Shown: positions 8,641 to 18,247 of the stretch, one piece after another | Layout: each line of letters opens with the position of its first letter | Position numbering within the stretch: the stretch's first letter is position 1 | Source: Nitrospirota bacterium | Lineage (GTDB): Bacteria; Nitrospirota; Thermodesulfovibrionia; Thermodesulfovibrionales; Dissulfurispiraceae | Reading direction: 5' to 3' | NCBI GenBank assembly: GCA_963790025.1 | Contig: CAWBMP010000004.1 | Span: 480,001 to 544,000 of the forward strand | Length of the DNA stretch: 64,000 bases | The notes under the pieces: generated by a model | What the model was told of the DNA's origin: nothing | Seen by the model: the letters and a program-made list of their open reading frames with translations, nothing else | Databases searched by the model: none | Translations under genes and position numbers: made by a program

Positions 8641-10188
8641 TTGAACTGGAAATGCATAATTTCCCTGAATAACGTTGATGTCACAATGCAGGGGCGCGAG
8701 GTATTGTCCGGCATCACTTGGCAACTCAAGCAAGGCGAGCATTGGGCCATTATCGGCGGCAACGGCGCCGGGAAATCAACGCTTTTGAAACTTATAAGGG
8801 GCGAACTATGGCCGGATTCCAGGGACCCAGTCTGCACCCCCAAAAGTCTGCGACTTTCCGGGGACCCCGTCGGCACCCAAGGCACTAGGCAGTATTGTTT
8901 TAACGGCGAGTTGCAGGAAAGCCCGATAGGCGTAAAAAAACATATTGCAATTGTTTCAGCCGAACTGCAGGATGCCTACCACCGGCACCACTGGAACATG
9001 AGCGGCCTCGAGGTAGTATACACCGGTTTTTTTGACAGTGCATGGCTGCATCAGGCGCCGGCCGATGAGCAGAAAGCAGCAGCAGAGCGGGTTCTGCAAG
9101 CACTGAAGCTGAACACTTTACTGGGCAAAAACTTTCTTGAAATGTCCCAGGGCGAGGCGAGGAAAATCCTGATCGCCCGCGCACTGGTTTCCTGCCCGGC
9201 CATACTGGCACTCGATGAGCCATGCAGCGGCCTGGACTTCTCTTCCAGAAGAAAGCTCCTGCGTCTTGTCGAAAAAATTGCCGCAACCGGCACGACTGTA
9301 CTCTATGTCACACACCGCATCGAAGAACTTATTCCATCCATCACCCACGTCCTCATTTTGAGCGGTGGAAAAATAATTGCACAGGGCGAAAAAAATGGCC
9401 TGCTCAGCGGCAATTGCAGTGATGCCTTGCTTTCGGTCGCGGCCAATTCTTCTTTGAAACCGGTGCAACACCATACGCGGATGATCCACAAGGGAAGCCA
9501 ATTAATAAGAATAAGACACGCTGATGTCTTCCTGAAACGCAAAAAAATATTGCGTGATATCTCCTGGGTCATGCGCAAAGGAGAGCACTGGGCTGTCATC
9601 GGCAGGAATGGAGCCGGAAAATCTACTCTGCTCAAACTTATAGCCGGTGACTTATACCCCGCTCTCGGAGGAGAAGTACACCGCTTCGGTGCAAAGGACA
9701 GCGGGAGCGTCTGGGACCTGCGGAAAAGGATCGGCATTGTTTCTCCGGATGTGCAGCATGAATACTCCTACGGCATTAAAGGAATCGATGCGGTCGTGTC
9801 AGGCTTTTTCTCCAGCATAGGTTTATATGATGAGATAACCTCCGCCCAAATAGAGACAGCCCGGTATTGGATGGAATTCTTTGATATCCTGCAACTCAGT
9901 GAACGGTCCCTGTCCTCACTGTCTTACGGGGAACAGCGGAAAATTCTTGTTGCCCGGGCGATGGTGAACAGCCCTGACATACTCATCCTCGACGAACCGT
10001 GCAGCGGACTGGATAGCGCTGCACGCGCCGGGTTTCTTTCGTTCATCACACAGATCGCTGCCGCCGGTGTCGCCCTCATTATGACAACCCATCGCCCGGA
10101 CGAGATACCCCTCTCATTTACTCATATAATGGTCCTGGATAAAGGGAAGATTATTGCACAGGGAAAAAAAGGTGAATTTACTTTTTAG
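8641..10188 (+). CDS. ModF-like duplicated ABC ATPase
   Basis: Two GEHWAxxGxNGAGKSTLL Walker A motifs, SQGE/SYGE signatures, two LDEPCSGLD. Confidence 0.88.
   Translation: MNWKCIISLNNVDVTMQGREVLSGITWQLKQGEHWAIIGGNGAGKSTLLKLIRGELWPDSRDPVCTPKSLRLSGDPVGTQGTRQYCFNGELQESPIGVKKHIAIVSAELQDAYHRHHWNMSGLEVVYTGFFDSAWLHQAPADEQKAAAERVLQALKLNTLLGKNFLEMSQGEARKILIARALVSCPAILALDEPCSGLDFSSRRKLLRLVEKIAATGTTVLYVTHRIEELIPSITHVLILSGGKIIAQGEKNGLLSGNCSDALLSVAANSSLKPVQHHTRMIHKGSQLIRIRHADVFLKRKKILRDISWVMRKGEHWAVIGRNGAGKSTLLKLIAGDLYPALGGEVHRFGAKDSGSVWDLRKRIGIVSPDVQHEYSYGIKGIDAVVSGFFSSIGLYDEITSAQIETARYWMEFFDILQLSERSLSSLSYGEQRKILVARAMVNSPDILILDEPCSGLDSAARAGFLSFITQIAAAGVALIMTTHRPDEIPLSFTHIMVLDKGKIIAQGKKGEFTF
8822..8878. 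repeat. 39-bp in-frame palindromic insert with direct-repeat borders inside the ABC ATPase gene
   Basis: GGGACCCAGTCTGCACCC (8822-8839) and GGGACCCCGTCGGCACCC (8861-8878); internal CCCC-AAAGTC/GACTTT-GGGG hairpin. Confidence 0.6.
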
Positions 10189-11266
10189 GACAACTTCTCG
10201 GGATCAGTGCTGTTATTGTGGCGCCTTCATTTGGTCTACCGCTTATCCGCAGTTCGCCATTACAAATATGAACACGCTCCCGCATCCCTACAAGACCGAA
10301 CGAATTGGCCTTTGAAAGCTGCTCCACCGTAAATCCGACGCCGTTGTCGGCAATCTGAAGCATTATGCTGTTGTCTTGTTCAGTTAAAACAGCCTTGACA
10401 TTTGTTGCCTTCGAATGGCGAAGCACGTTCGTAAGGGCTTCCTGAAAAATCCTGAAAAGCACAGTAGCCTGATCTCTGTCGGCTGTAATGTTATAGGGCT
10501 TAAGCGTAACCTCACATTTAATTCCGCTTCTCTTCTGAAATTCCTCGGCCTGCCACTGAAGGGCGGCGCCAAGGCCAAGATGGTCCAGGATCGCGGGCCT
10601 TAACTCTGTACAAATCTTTTTTACGGTCAGTATGGTCGAATTAACAATGTCTACGTCTGCCTTCAGTTGCTCCACTAGGGTCGCATTCCCGTTACCGTTT
10701 TGAAGTTTTTCTGCTATCAGGGAGAGGTCTATTTTTAAAGCGGTCAGTGCCTGCCCGAGTTCATCGTGTATTTCGCGAGCAATATTCGTTCTCTCTTCTT
10801 CCCTGGCGGATTGCAGATGGGCTGCAAGAGATCTTAATTGTTCATGAGATTTTCTCAGTTCCATAACGGCCTTCCTGCGCTCCGACCGCTCCCTTGTCTC
10901 CCTCAAAGCCCTTTGGACGGATGATGCAAGCCTTGCAATACCGGTTTTCAAAACATAGTCTGTGGCACCATAACGGAGAGTTTCGATGGCAAGTTCCTCG
11001 CCCATTTTCCCGGTCACAAAAATGAACGGTATATCCGGGCATCTTTCTTTTGCGATATCGAGAGCAGAAAAGCCGTTAAAGCCCGGCAGCGAATAGTCGG
11101 AAAGGATTATATCAAAGTCGCCCTTATCTAATGTCGTGATAAAATCATCGCGTGTGTCTACACGGCGTATATTACAGGCGGTACCTTCCTCCTCAAGGGC
11201 ACATTCAACGAGTTCGGCGTCAAGAGGATCGTCTTCCAGATGCAGAATTCGCAAAGACCAGGCCAT
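10178..11266 (-). CDS. Response regulator receiver fused to HisKA_3 (NarX/UhpB-type) histidine kinase
   Basis: LHLEDD...SDYSLP receiver; EERTNIAREIHDELGQ, QEALTNVLRHS, DNGVGF, GLVGMRER. Confidence 0.9.
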   Translation of the reverse strand: MAWSLRILHLEDDPLDAELVECALEEEGTACNIRRVDTRDDFITTLDKGDFDIILSDYSLPGFNGFSALDIAKERCPDIPFIFVTGKMGEELAIETLRYGATDYVLKTGIARLASSVQRALRETRERSERRKAVMELRKSHEQLRSLAAHLQSAREEERTNIAREIHDELGQALTALKIDLSLIAEKLQNGNGNATLVEQLKADVDIVNSTILTVKKICTELRPAILDHLGLGAALQWQAEEFQKRSGIKCEVTLKPYNITADRDQATVLFRIFQEALTNVLRHSKATNVKAVLTEQDNSIMLQIADNGVGFTVEQLSKANSFGLVGMRERVHICNGELRISGRPNEGATITALIPRSCPKK

Positions 11267-11349
11267 CTGATAATCTCCCTTATACTTATCAACGTATTGT
11301 CAAAACCTGATGGGCCTTAGTATATCAGAATAATTTAAAAATAAAAAAA

Positions 11350-13965
11350 TTAACTCTTACCGTAACTCCTTTGAACAAACCTCATCTCTTCCTCTTTCGA
11401 GGCAAGGCGGCCCGTCAGTTTCTCATCGAGTATCCTGCCGAAAATCTCTGAGTAAACCGGTCCCGGCTGAATGCCGAGTTTTTTCAGATCGTCGCCTTTT
11501 GCAAGAGGCCGCACATGCCTCAACTCAAGCAAAAAACGCGATATGGCCTTTTTCTTCTCACTGTCCTGGGTCAGCGCCATGTTGAACAGGATGACTTCAA
11601 TATCACAGTCCTTCAGAGTGTGGTATATATTGACAGGGCTGTCGGGTTTGAGCTGTTTTGTTATGCCCTGAGCGGTATGCAGTGTCTTGAGTATGTGTTC
11701 GCGGGGCTTTAAAGGAACGGCGAGTCTGCTAAGGGCCGATTCACGGTCCGCGTTGTTCAGTTTGTAAAGCAGAGCTGCCAGATAGAGCATACCCTTCTCG
11801 CAGGGCTCATCCAGGAAAAGCAGTTCAAACCATGAGATGGTGTCATGAACAGACTGGAGAAACGCTTCAAGTTGGGAGGAAAAGGCCAGACTGGGGTGAA
11901 TGACCTTAAGGAGCCCGTAATCTCCGAGCCGTTTGACCGCCTTTATCGGGTTAGTCTCATTAAATGTCAGCACAAGCTCATCATAAAGCCTTGACCCGGA
12001 AAGTTTCTCGAAAATGTTCAACCTCAGGGCAAGCTTGATGAGGTTCTCAGTGTGCTTCGTGAGCTTGAAACCGAAACGTTCCGAGAAGCGTATCGCCCTG
12101 AAAGCCCTCGTGGGGTCTTCAACAAAACTGAGATTATGGAGTACCCTGATAACCTTGTCTTTCAAATCGCGCTGCCCTCCGAAGAAGTCCAGCAAGAGGC
12201 CCAGGTCTTTTTTGTTCAGCTTGACTGCAAGGGTATTGATGGTAAAGTCGCGTCGGTACAGGTCTTTTTTTATGGATGAAGTCTCCACCTTGGGCAGCGC
12301 AGCAGGTGACTCGTAATACTCGGTCCGCGCCGTAGCAACATCGATCTTCAGCGGAGGAAGTATCACCTGCGCTGTGCCGAATTTCTGGTGCACCGTAATC
12401 TTGGAACCTGTTTTTTTCCCAAGGGTCCTGGCAAAGGATATCCCGTCGCCCTCAACAACAATATCTATATCGAGGTTTCCGTCACCTCTCAACATGTCAC
12501 GTACACAACCACCCACAAGATACACGCCTATTCCGAGTTCATCGCCGGCCTCCCCTGCCCTGACGAGGAATTCATAAATATGCTTCGGCAATTTTTCTTT
12601 GAGAAGCCCTCCTATACTCCTGCCGAACCCGCTGTAAGCCTCGCCTGGGACGGGCTCCCGCGCCGAAACCTTGCTCTTTCTTAAAAAATCCTCATATAGA
12701 GCCCGCAGTATGTCAGTCCTTGTCACTGCCCCGACAATCTTATCCTCAGACAGCACAGTGACAAACCGCTGATTATTTTCGATCATGTCCTTTTCCACTT
12801 CTGCAACAGGAGCATCAGGCCAAGTTGTCAGCGCATCGCTCGTGGCAAAGTCCGAGCACCTGTTCCTCCCGATCCCATGGAAGAGCGCCTTCTCGATCAC
12901 CCCCCTGGTGATGACTCCCAGGTACCGGCCCTCTTTCACTACCGGTAGAGCATTAACGCCGTAACGTGTCATCACGCGCTCGGCCTCTTTTATGCTGCTG
13001 TTCCACTGAACTACAATAACCGGCCTGGTCATCACATCCTGGACCATTTTCGCAGGGCGTATGTGTTTGTGCAGCATAGCGGTCAATTTCTCCTCCACAA
13101 TCTCAAAAGGCACATCTTTTATCGTGGCCGATGCCGCAGTCGGGTGACCGCCTCCTCCGAATTCGGCCATTAAATGAGCCACATCAAGCTCGGATACCCT
13201 GCTCCGCGCCACCATAAGAATCTTGTCCGCCATCCCGATCAGCAGAATAACGGCTTCGCCTTCTTCCATATCCATGATCTGATGGGCCAGGTGCGCAACA
13301 TCGCCGAACCCCTCCATCGTGCCTTTCCCTATCTTGATCCGTATGCCCTGGATAACAACCTCTTCAAGAGACTTTACCAGTTCATTCAGAAGGGAGAACT
13401 CTTCCCTGGTGATCTCCTCTTTAAGAAAATCGGACACAATATTAAGATTGGCGCCCTGCCTGATAAGATACGCCACCGCCAGGAGATCGCGCGGGGTCGT
13501 CGGGGCAAACAGCAGAGAACCTGTTTCCTGATAAATGCCCATACAGAGGGCAGTCGCTTCGAGGGGACTCAGGTGGATATTCCTTGTCTGGATGATTTCT
13601 GTAAAGATGGTCGAAACGGCGCCTGCAATTTCAATCACCTCCACCTCGCCCCTGATGTCGTCTTTTGATGGAGGATGGTGATCATAAATATGCACCTTTA
13701 CGCCGGGCCTTGAAAGGAGTTCTTTAAAAATGCCGATACGACCGGGATGCTTAGTGTCAACGACAATCAATCGCCTGACCTCATCAAGTGAGATGTCCCT
13801 CAGCTTCTTTATCTCAATCGGCTGAAAGGCATCCATAAAATCCCTCACCTTTTTCTCCATAGATCCGGGCAAGACGATAATGGCATCGGGATAGAGCTTC
13901 TTCGCCGCGATCATCGAGGCAAGCGAGTCGAAATCGGTATTTAAATGTGAAGTTATAACGTCCAT
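11350..13965 (-). CDS. DHH/DHHA1-CBS-class II tRNA nucleotidyltransferase (CCA- or A-adding enzyme)
   Basis: HLNTDFD, DHH, GGGHPTAASA, two CBS domains, VGGCVRD, DIDIVVEG, DLYRRDFTIN, EDPTR. Confidence 0.9.
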   Translation of the reverse strand: MDVITSHLNTDFDSLASMIAAKKLYPDAIIVLPGSMEKKVRDFMDAFQPIEIKKLRDISLDEVRRLIVVDTKHPGRIGIFKELLSRPGVKVHIYDHHPPSKDDIRGEVEVIEIAGAVSTIFTEIIQTRNIHLSPLEATALCMGIYQETGSLLFAPTTPRDLLAVAYLIRQGANLNIVSDFLKEEITREEFSLLNELVKSLEEVVIQGIRIKIGKGTMEGFGDVAHLAHQIMDMEEGEAVILLIGMADKILMVARSRVSELDVAHLMAEFGGGGHPTAASATIKDVPFEIVEEKLTAMLHKHIRPAKMVQDVMTRPVIVVQWNSSIKEAERVMTRYGVNALPVVKEGRYLGVITRGVIEKALFHGIGRNRCSDFATSDALTTWPDAPVAEVEKDMIENNQRFVTVLSEDKIVGAVTRTDILRALYEDFLRKSKVSAREPVPGEAYSGFGRSIGGLLKEKLPKHIYEFLVRAGEAGDELGIGVYLVGGCVRDMLRGDGNLDIDIVVEGDGISFARTLGKKTGSKITVHQKFGTAQVILPPLKIDVATARTEYYESPAALPKVETSSIKKDLYRRDFTINTLAVKLNKKDLGLLLDFFGGQRDLKDKVIRVLHNLSFVEDPTRAFRAIRFSERFGFKLTKHTENLIKLALRLNIFEKLSGSRLYDELVLTFNETNPIKAVKRLGDYGLLKVIHPSLAFSSQLEAFLQSVHDTISWFELLFLDEPCEKGMLYLAALLYKLNNADRESALSRLAVPLKPREHILKTLHTAQGITKQLKPDSPVNIYHTLKDCDIEVILFNMALTQDSEKKKAISRFLLELRHVRPLAKGDDLKKLGIQPGPVYSEIFGRILDEKLTGRLASKEEEMRFVQRSYGKS

Positions 13966-14204
13966 AAAATATAGAATACTATAGTTCACGCGTTATTTGT
14001 GAGTTGTTCCTGAAAATCCTGCGATTCTTGTGCAGTCCGGTAACGGAGTTATGGTGAATTCAATTCTTTCCCATATTCCCCGATAATAATATTGCCAAGG
14101 ATGGTGATATATGATGACCAAGACGCAATTGCCTGAAATCCTGCGTAAAAGGCCCCTTTATACCTGGATTTACGACTTCGACTTATGAAAATTATGGGAC
14201 AAAT

Positions 14205-15365
14205 ATGAATCGGAAGAATATGTCCATAGTGGAGAAAATCAGGGAGGGTTATAGCCTTCCCGTGCTTTCCCCCATTGCCATACGCCTCGGTGAACTTGCA
14301 TCAAGCGAAAGCTCATCAGTCAATGATCTTGCCGGTCTTATAACAAAAGACCCATCCCTTGCCGTGCGCATACTAAGGATTGCAAACTCGGCATTCTATG
14401 GAAACATAGGGCAGATCACCACCATAGAGTACGCAGTCATGAAAATCGGCTTCATGCGGCTCAGGAACATGGCGCTTGCCATTTCCCTCAGGGACACTTT
14501 TCCTATGGGGAAGGTAGGCCCCATGGATTATGAGGATTTCTGGAAATCTTCCATGTACAGGGCCATCATTGCAAAAAATCTTGCCAGGCAATCCAAAAAA
14601 TTCAACCCTGACGAGGCATTCATTGCCGGACTGACGCTTGAGATGGGACTGTTGATCCTTTTTGACCTTTTTATCAAAAACAAAATTGATTACATGCCGG
14701 ACTCCTACCCCCTGGAGACACTTCTTGACTGGGAACGGCAACAGTTCGGTGTCACCCACCGTGAAATAGGGCAATGGGCGCTTAAATACTGGAATTTCCC
14801 GACAATTATGGTTGAATGCCAGGAGGTCCTGACCGGAAAAAGGCATGACAGAGTTCCTCCCCTTGCATTACTCTGTGATACGGCACGCAGGTTCTCGTAT
14901 CTGATCAGCGAAAAATCAGCCGGATGGCATCTCATATTCACCGAGGTAGAGATAATTTATGGTATAAAAAGCTCGATACTTACGTCTCTCCTTGTGTCGG
15001 CATTTCATGATGTGCAGGAGATTTCAGAAAGCCTGCATGTGAAGATGAGCAGGGAAGAGGACCTGATAGAACTCCTGGAGAAAGTGAAATATACGCTTCA
15101 ACAGATAGACCAGACAATATCAAAATGGATAATTTATATGCGCGATGTGAAAGGCCAGGACGGACCGGACCCAACGGTCCAATACTCGCTGACGGAAAAA
15201 CTGCACCTGGTTGCTCTAGAAATCGCAAAACCGCTGGCAAACATGCGGGAATTTATGGATAATCTTGTTCCTGCTGTCAGTCACACTTCCAGGGAGTGGA
15301 AATACGTAACTGCAGTCAGTGGCGAAGTAAAGAAGGTTGAACTGGCAGCCCTGCTTTTGAAATAG
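14205..15365 (+). CDS. HDOD domain signalling protein
   Basis: LPVLSP, DPSLAVRILRIANSAFY, FWxxS, AFIAGL, GVTHxEIG...WNFP. Confidence 0.85.
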   Translation: MNRKNMSIVEKIREGYSLPVLSPIAIRLGELASSESSSVNDLAGLITKDPSLAVRILRIANSAFYGNIGQITTIEYAVMKIGFMRLRNMALAISLRDTFPMGKVGPMDYEDFWKSSMYRAIIAKNLARQSKKFNPDEAFIAGLTLEMGLLILFDLFIKNKIDYMPDSYPLETLLDWERQQFGVTHREIGQWALKYWNFPTIMVECQEVLTGKRHDRVPPLALLCDTARRFSYLISEKSAGWHLIFTEVEIIYGIKSSILTSLLVSAFHDVQEISESLHVKMSREEDLIELLEKVKYTLQQIDQTISKWIIYMRDVKGQDGPDPTVQYSLTEKLHLVALEIAKPLANMREFMDNLVPAVSHTSREWKYVTAVSGEVKKVELAALLLK

Positions 15366-15485
15366 GGAAACTCTCCCTATTAACCCTACCAAATTGACTT
15401 ATCACCCGCCAAAATTTTAAAATGTGAAGACGACTCTTGAATTTCAAAGATTTAAGGCAGTTAAAGACAAAGGGGTAACAAAGCT

Positions 15486-16601
15486 ATGTGCAGACTGGCT
15501 GCTATCACGTCAAAAGATTACATTTCGCCGATGGATCCCATTGTCGCCCTCGAAACCATGAAGGAGGGGCATGACGGCTCCGGCCTCGGCCTCACGTTCA
15601 AAGACCTCGGGGGGGCGTTCGAGAAGCTGAAGAAATATCCGGTAATGTCGGGCATCTGCTCCAATGCCGGTAAAAAAACCCTCGAGGAGTTCATGAAAAA
15701 GGAGGGGTTTACCCTCAAGCATGAATGGAAACCGAAAATAAAGCAGGTTAAAGGCGTTACCGCCCGCGATTATTATTTTGCGAGGGTTTATGACTATCCT
15801 GTTGCCTTCAGGAATAAACCGCTTCAGGAAAAAGAGGACCTCCTCATGAATACCCGGTTGGCGCTCCGGAAAATCGGCGAGCCGGACGAGTCGATATTCG
15901 TTTTTTCGTTTTATCCGGACGTCCTGACTTTAAAAGAGGTGGGTGATCCTCTTCGGTTAGCAGAGTTCTTCGGTCTTGACGATGACAGACTCAAGGCCAG
16001 GATTATTCTGGCCCAGGGAAGACAAAACACCAACTACGCGATCTATCTGTATGCCTGCCACCCGTTCTTCATTCAGGGCTTTTGCTCTATGACGAATGGG
16101 GAAAATACCGCCTTTGTCCCCATAAGAGAATTCCTCTCCAGCAGGGGCTTTCCGGGATACATGGGATACAACAGCGACAGCGAAGTGTTTACGCACATAT
16201 TGCATTATACGGTAAGACAGCTGCATCTGCCCCTGCCTTATTATAAAGATGTTATTACACCGCTGAAATCAACCGAGATCGGGCAGCGGCCAGACGGGGA
16301 TGCCCTGAGGCTTATGAAACAATCCTTGCGCTCTCTCTGCATTGACGGACCGAATGTAATCATCGGCTTTACTCCCGATGGCACCTGCTTCATGGTGCAT
16401 GACTCAAAAAAACTGAGGCCCGGCACTGTTGGCGGTGTAAAAGGAAGATATGCATTAATGTCAGAGGAATGCGGCGTTGACGCTTCGGTCCCCAAACGGG
16501 ACAGGAGCAAAGACATATTCCCGATGAAATATGATATGGTGATCGTTTCGCCGCAGGCGCAGGAGGTAAGGGTATGGAACCAGCTACACGGTCAAATATA
16601 A
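15486..16601 (+). CDS. Glutamate synthase, glutamine amidotransferase subunit (split GltB domain 1)
   Basis: N-terminal nucleophile Cys (MCRL), GHDGSG, RQNTN, HPF, NGEN, SDSE, LRP. Confidence 0.88.
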   Translation: MCRLAAITSKDYISPMDPIVALETMKEGHDGSGLGLTFKDLGGAFEKLKKYPVMSGICSNAGKKTLEEFMKKEGFTLKHEWKPKIKQVKGVTARDYYFARVYDYPVAFRNKPLQEKEDLLMNTRLALRKIGEPDESIFVFSFYPDVLTLKEVGDPLRLAEFFGLDDDRLKARIILAQGRQNTNYAIYLYACHPFFIQGFCSMTNGENTAFVPIREFLSSRGFPGYMGYNSDSEVFTHILHYTVRQLHLPLPYYKDVITPLKSTEIGQRPDGDALRLMKQSLRSLCIDGPNVIIGFTPDGTCFMVHDSKKLRPGTVGGVKGRYALMSEECGVDASVPKRDRSKDIFPMKYDMVIVSPQAQEVRVWNQLHGQI

Positions 16602-18247
16602 CATTGGACCATAATCATCAGCTCTCACTGAGAGAGTTTCCATATATAATCAGATGGCGGGATGACCGCTGCAAGCGGTGCGGCAAGTGTACCGCGGTTT
16701 GCCCGGTTAAAGCTATAGTCCCCGCAGTTAAAGTTCAGAGATTTGTCAGGTCAGAAGGACCGGTGCCGGCGCCAACAGCGACCAGGACGACAATTCAGAT
16801 AGTGGAACAAGTGACCGATATGGAGCGCTACTGCACCGGCTGCGGGGCCTGTACTCTGGTATGTCCCAATGAAGCGATAGAACCGGAGTTCAATTTCCAG
16901 AACAAATTCCTCCATTACAAAAACAAAGGCGGTGATGCCTACAAGCGCGGCGGAAGGAGAAACGACCCCTCAGTGTCTACACTGGACAGGCTTAAATTCA
17001 CGAGGATTTCAATGCTTACCGATCCCGCGCTAGACGCAGCCAGGCACGAATTCCGTATACGGTCGCTCCTGGGAAGAATACTGCCTCCCGAGGCGATGCC
17101 GCTCACCGTGCATGACGATATTCTGGGAATAAATAAAAAAAGCGGCGGGTTTATTCCACCTGTGCGGGAGATATTCCCCATCATGATCGGCAGCATGTCT
17201 ATCGGCGCCCTTTCACCCCCTATGTGGGAAGGACTTGCCATGGGTGTTGCCTATTTGAATGAGGTTGAAGGACTGCCGGTAGTTATGGCGTCCGGTGAGG
17301 GTGGAATGCCGCCCCGGCTGACGAGATCAAAATACCTCAAGTATTTCATCCTGCAGATTGCTTCCGGCTATTTTGGATGGGACGAAATCATCCGTGCCCT
17401 GCCCGAAATGGTGGAAGACCCGGCGGCCATTGAAATTAAATACGGACAGGGCGCAAAGCCCGGTGACGGCGGTCTCCTTATGGCCCAAAAGGTATTAAAG
17501 CTCATAGCAAAAATACGCGGTGTTCCGCAGTTTGTCGATCTCTCATCACCTCCTACGCATCAGACCAAGTATTCTATTGAAGAGGCAGTTGCAAAGATGA
17601 TCCTGTCGATGTCGATGGCCTGGGGCTTCAGAGTACCCGTGTATCCTAAGATATCAGGGACCAAGACTGCCAGGGCGGTGCTGAACAACCTTGCGCGGAA
17701 CCCCTATGCGGCGGCCCTCTCGATTGACGGCGAGGACGGCGGCACCGGCGCAGCCTACAATGTATCAATGGATAAAATGGGCCACCCTATCGCTTCCAAT
17801 ATACGCGAGTGTTATCTTGATCTTGTGAAGCAAGGAAAGCAAAACGAGCTCCCGTTGATCGCGGCAGGCGGCGTCGGCAAAAAAGGCAACCTGGCTGCGA
17901 ATACGGCTGCCCTCATTATGCTCGGCGCATCGGCGGTTTCAATAGGCAAATACTTAATGCAGGCGACAGCGGACTGCTTCGGCGACGAATACAACCGCTG
18001 CAATCTCTGCAACACCGGGAAATGTCCCCGCGGCATTACGACCCAGGACCCGAAACTCTACCGTAGGCTGGATGCCGACAAAGTTGCTGAGCGCGTGGTA
18101 GAGGTCTTCAAGGCTGCCGACGTTGAATTGCGGAAGATATTTGCGCCCATGGGCAGGAGCACCGAGCTTCCTATCGGCATGTCCGACGGATTAAGTATCG
18201 ACGATAAAGCAATGGCAGAGAGGTTGGGGATAAGTTATGCGTGTTAA
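16574..18247 (+). CDS. Glutamate synthase, ferredoxin plus FMN-binding subunit (split GltB domain 2)
   Basis: Two CxxCxxCxxxCP motifs; MSIGALS, SGEGG, QIASG, EIKYGQGAKPGDGG, DGEDGGTGAA, CxxCNTGKCPRGITTQ. Confidence 0.92.
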   Translation: MEPATRSNITLDHNHQLSLREFPYIIRWRDDRCKRCGKCTAVCPVKAIVPAVKVQRFVRSEGPVPAPTATRTTIQIVEQVTDMERYCTGCGACTLVCPNEAIEPEFNFQNKFLHYKNKGGDAYKRGGRRNDPSVSTLDRLKFTRISMLTDPALDAARHEFRIRSLLGRILPPEAMPLTVHDDILGINKKSGGFIPPVREIFPIMIGSMSIGALSPPMWEGLAMGVAYLNEVEGLPVVMASGEGGMPPRLTRSKYLKYFILQIASGYFGWDEIIRALPEMVEDPAAIEIKYGQGAKPGDGGLLMAQKVLKLIAKIRGVPQFVDLSSPPTHQTKYSIEEAVAKMILSMSMAWGFRVPVYPKISGTKTARAVLNNLARNPYAAALSIDGEDGGTGAAYNVSMDKMGHPIASNIRECYLDLVKQGKQNELPLIAAGGVGKKGNLAANTAALIMLGASAVSIGKYLMQATADCFGDEYNRCNLCNTGKCPRGITTQDPKLYRRLDADKVAERVVEVFKAADVELRKIFAPMGRSTELPIGMSDGLSIDDKAMAERLGISYAC

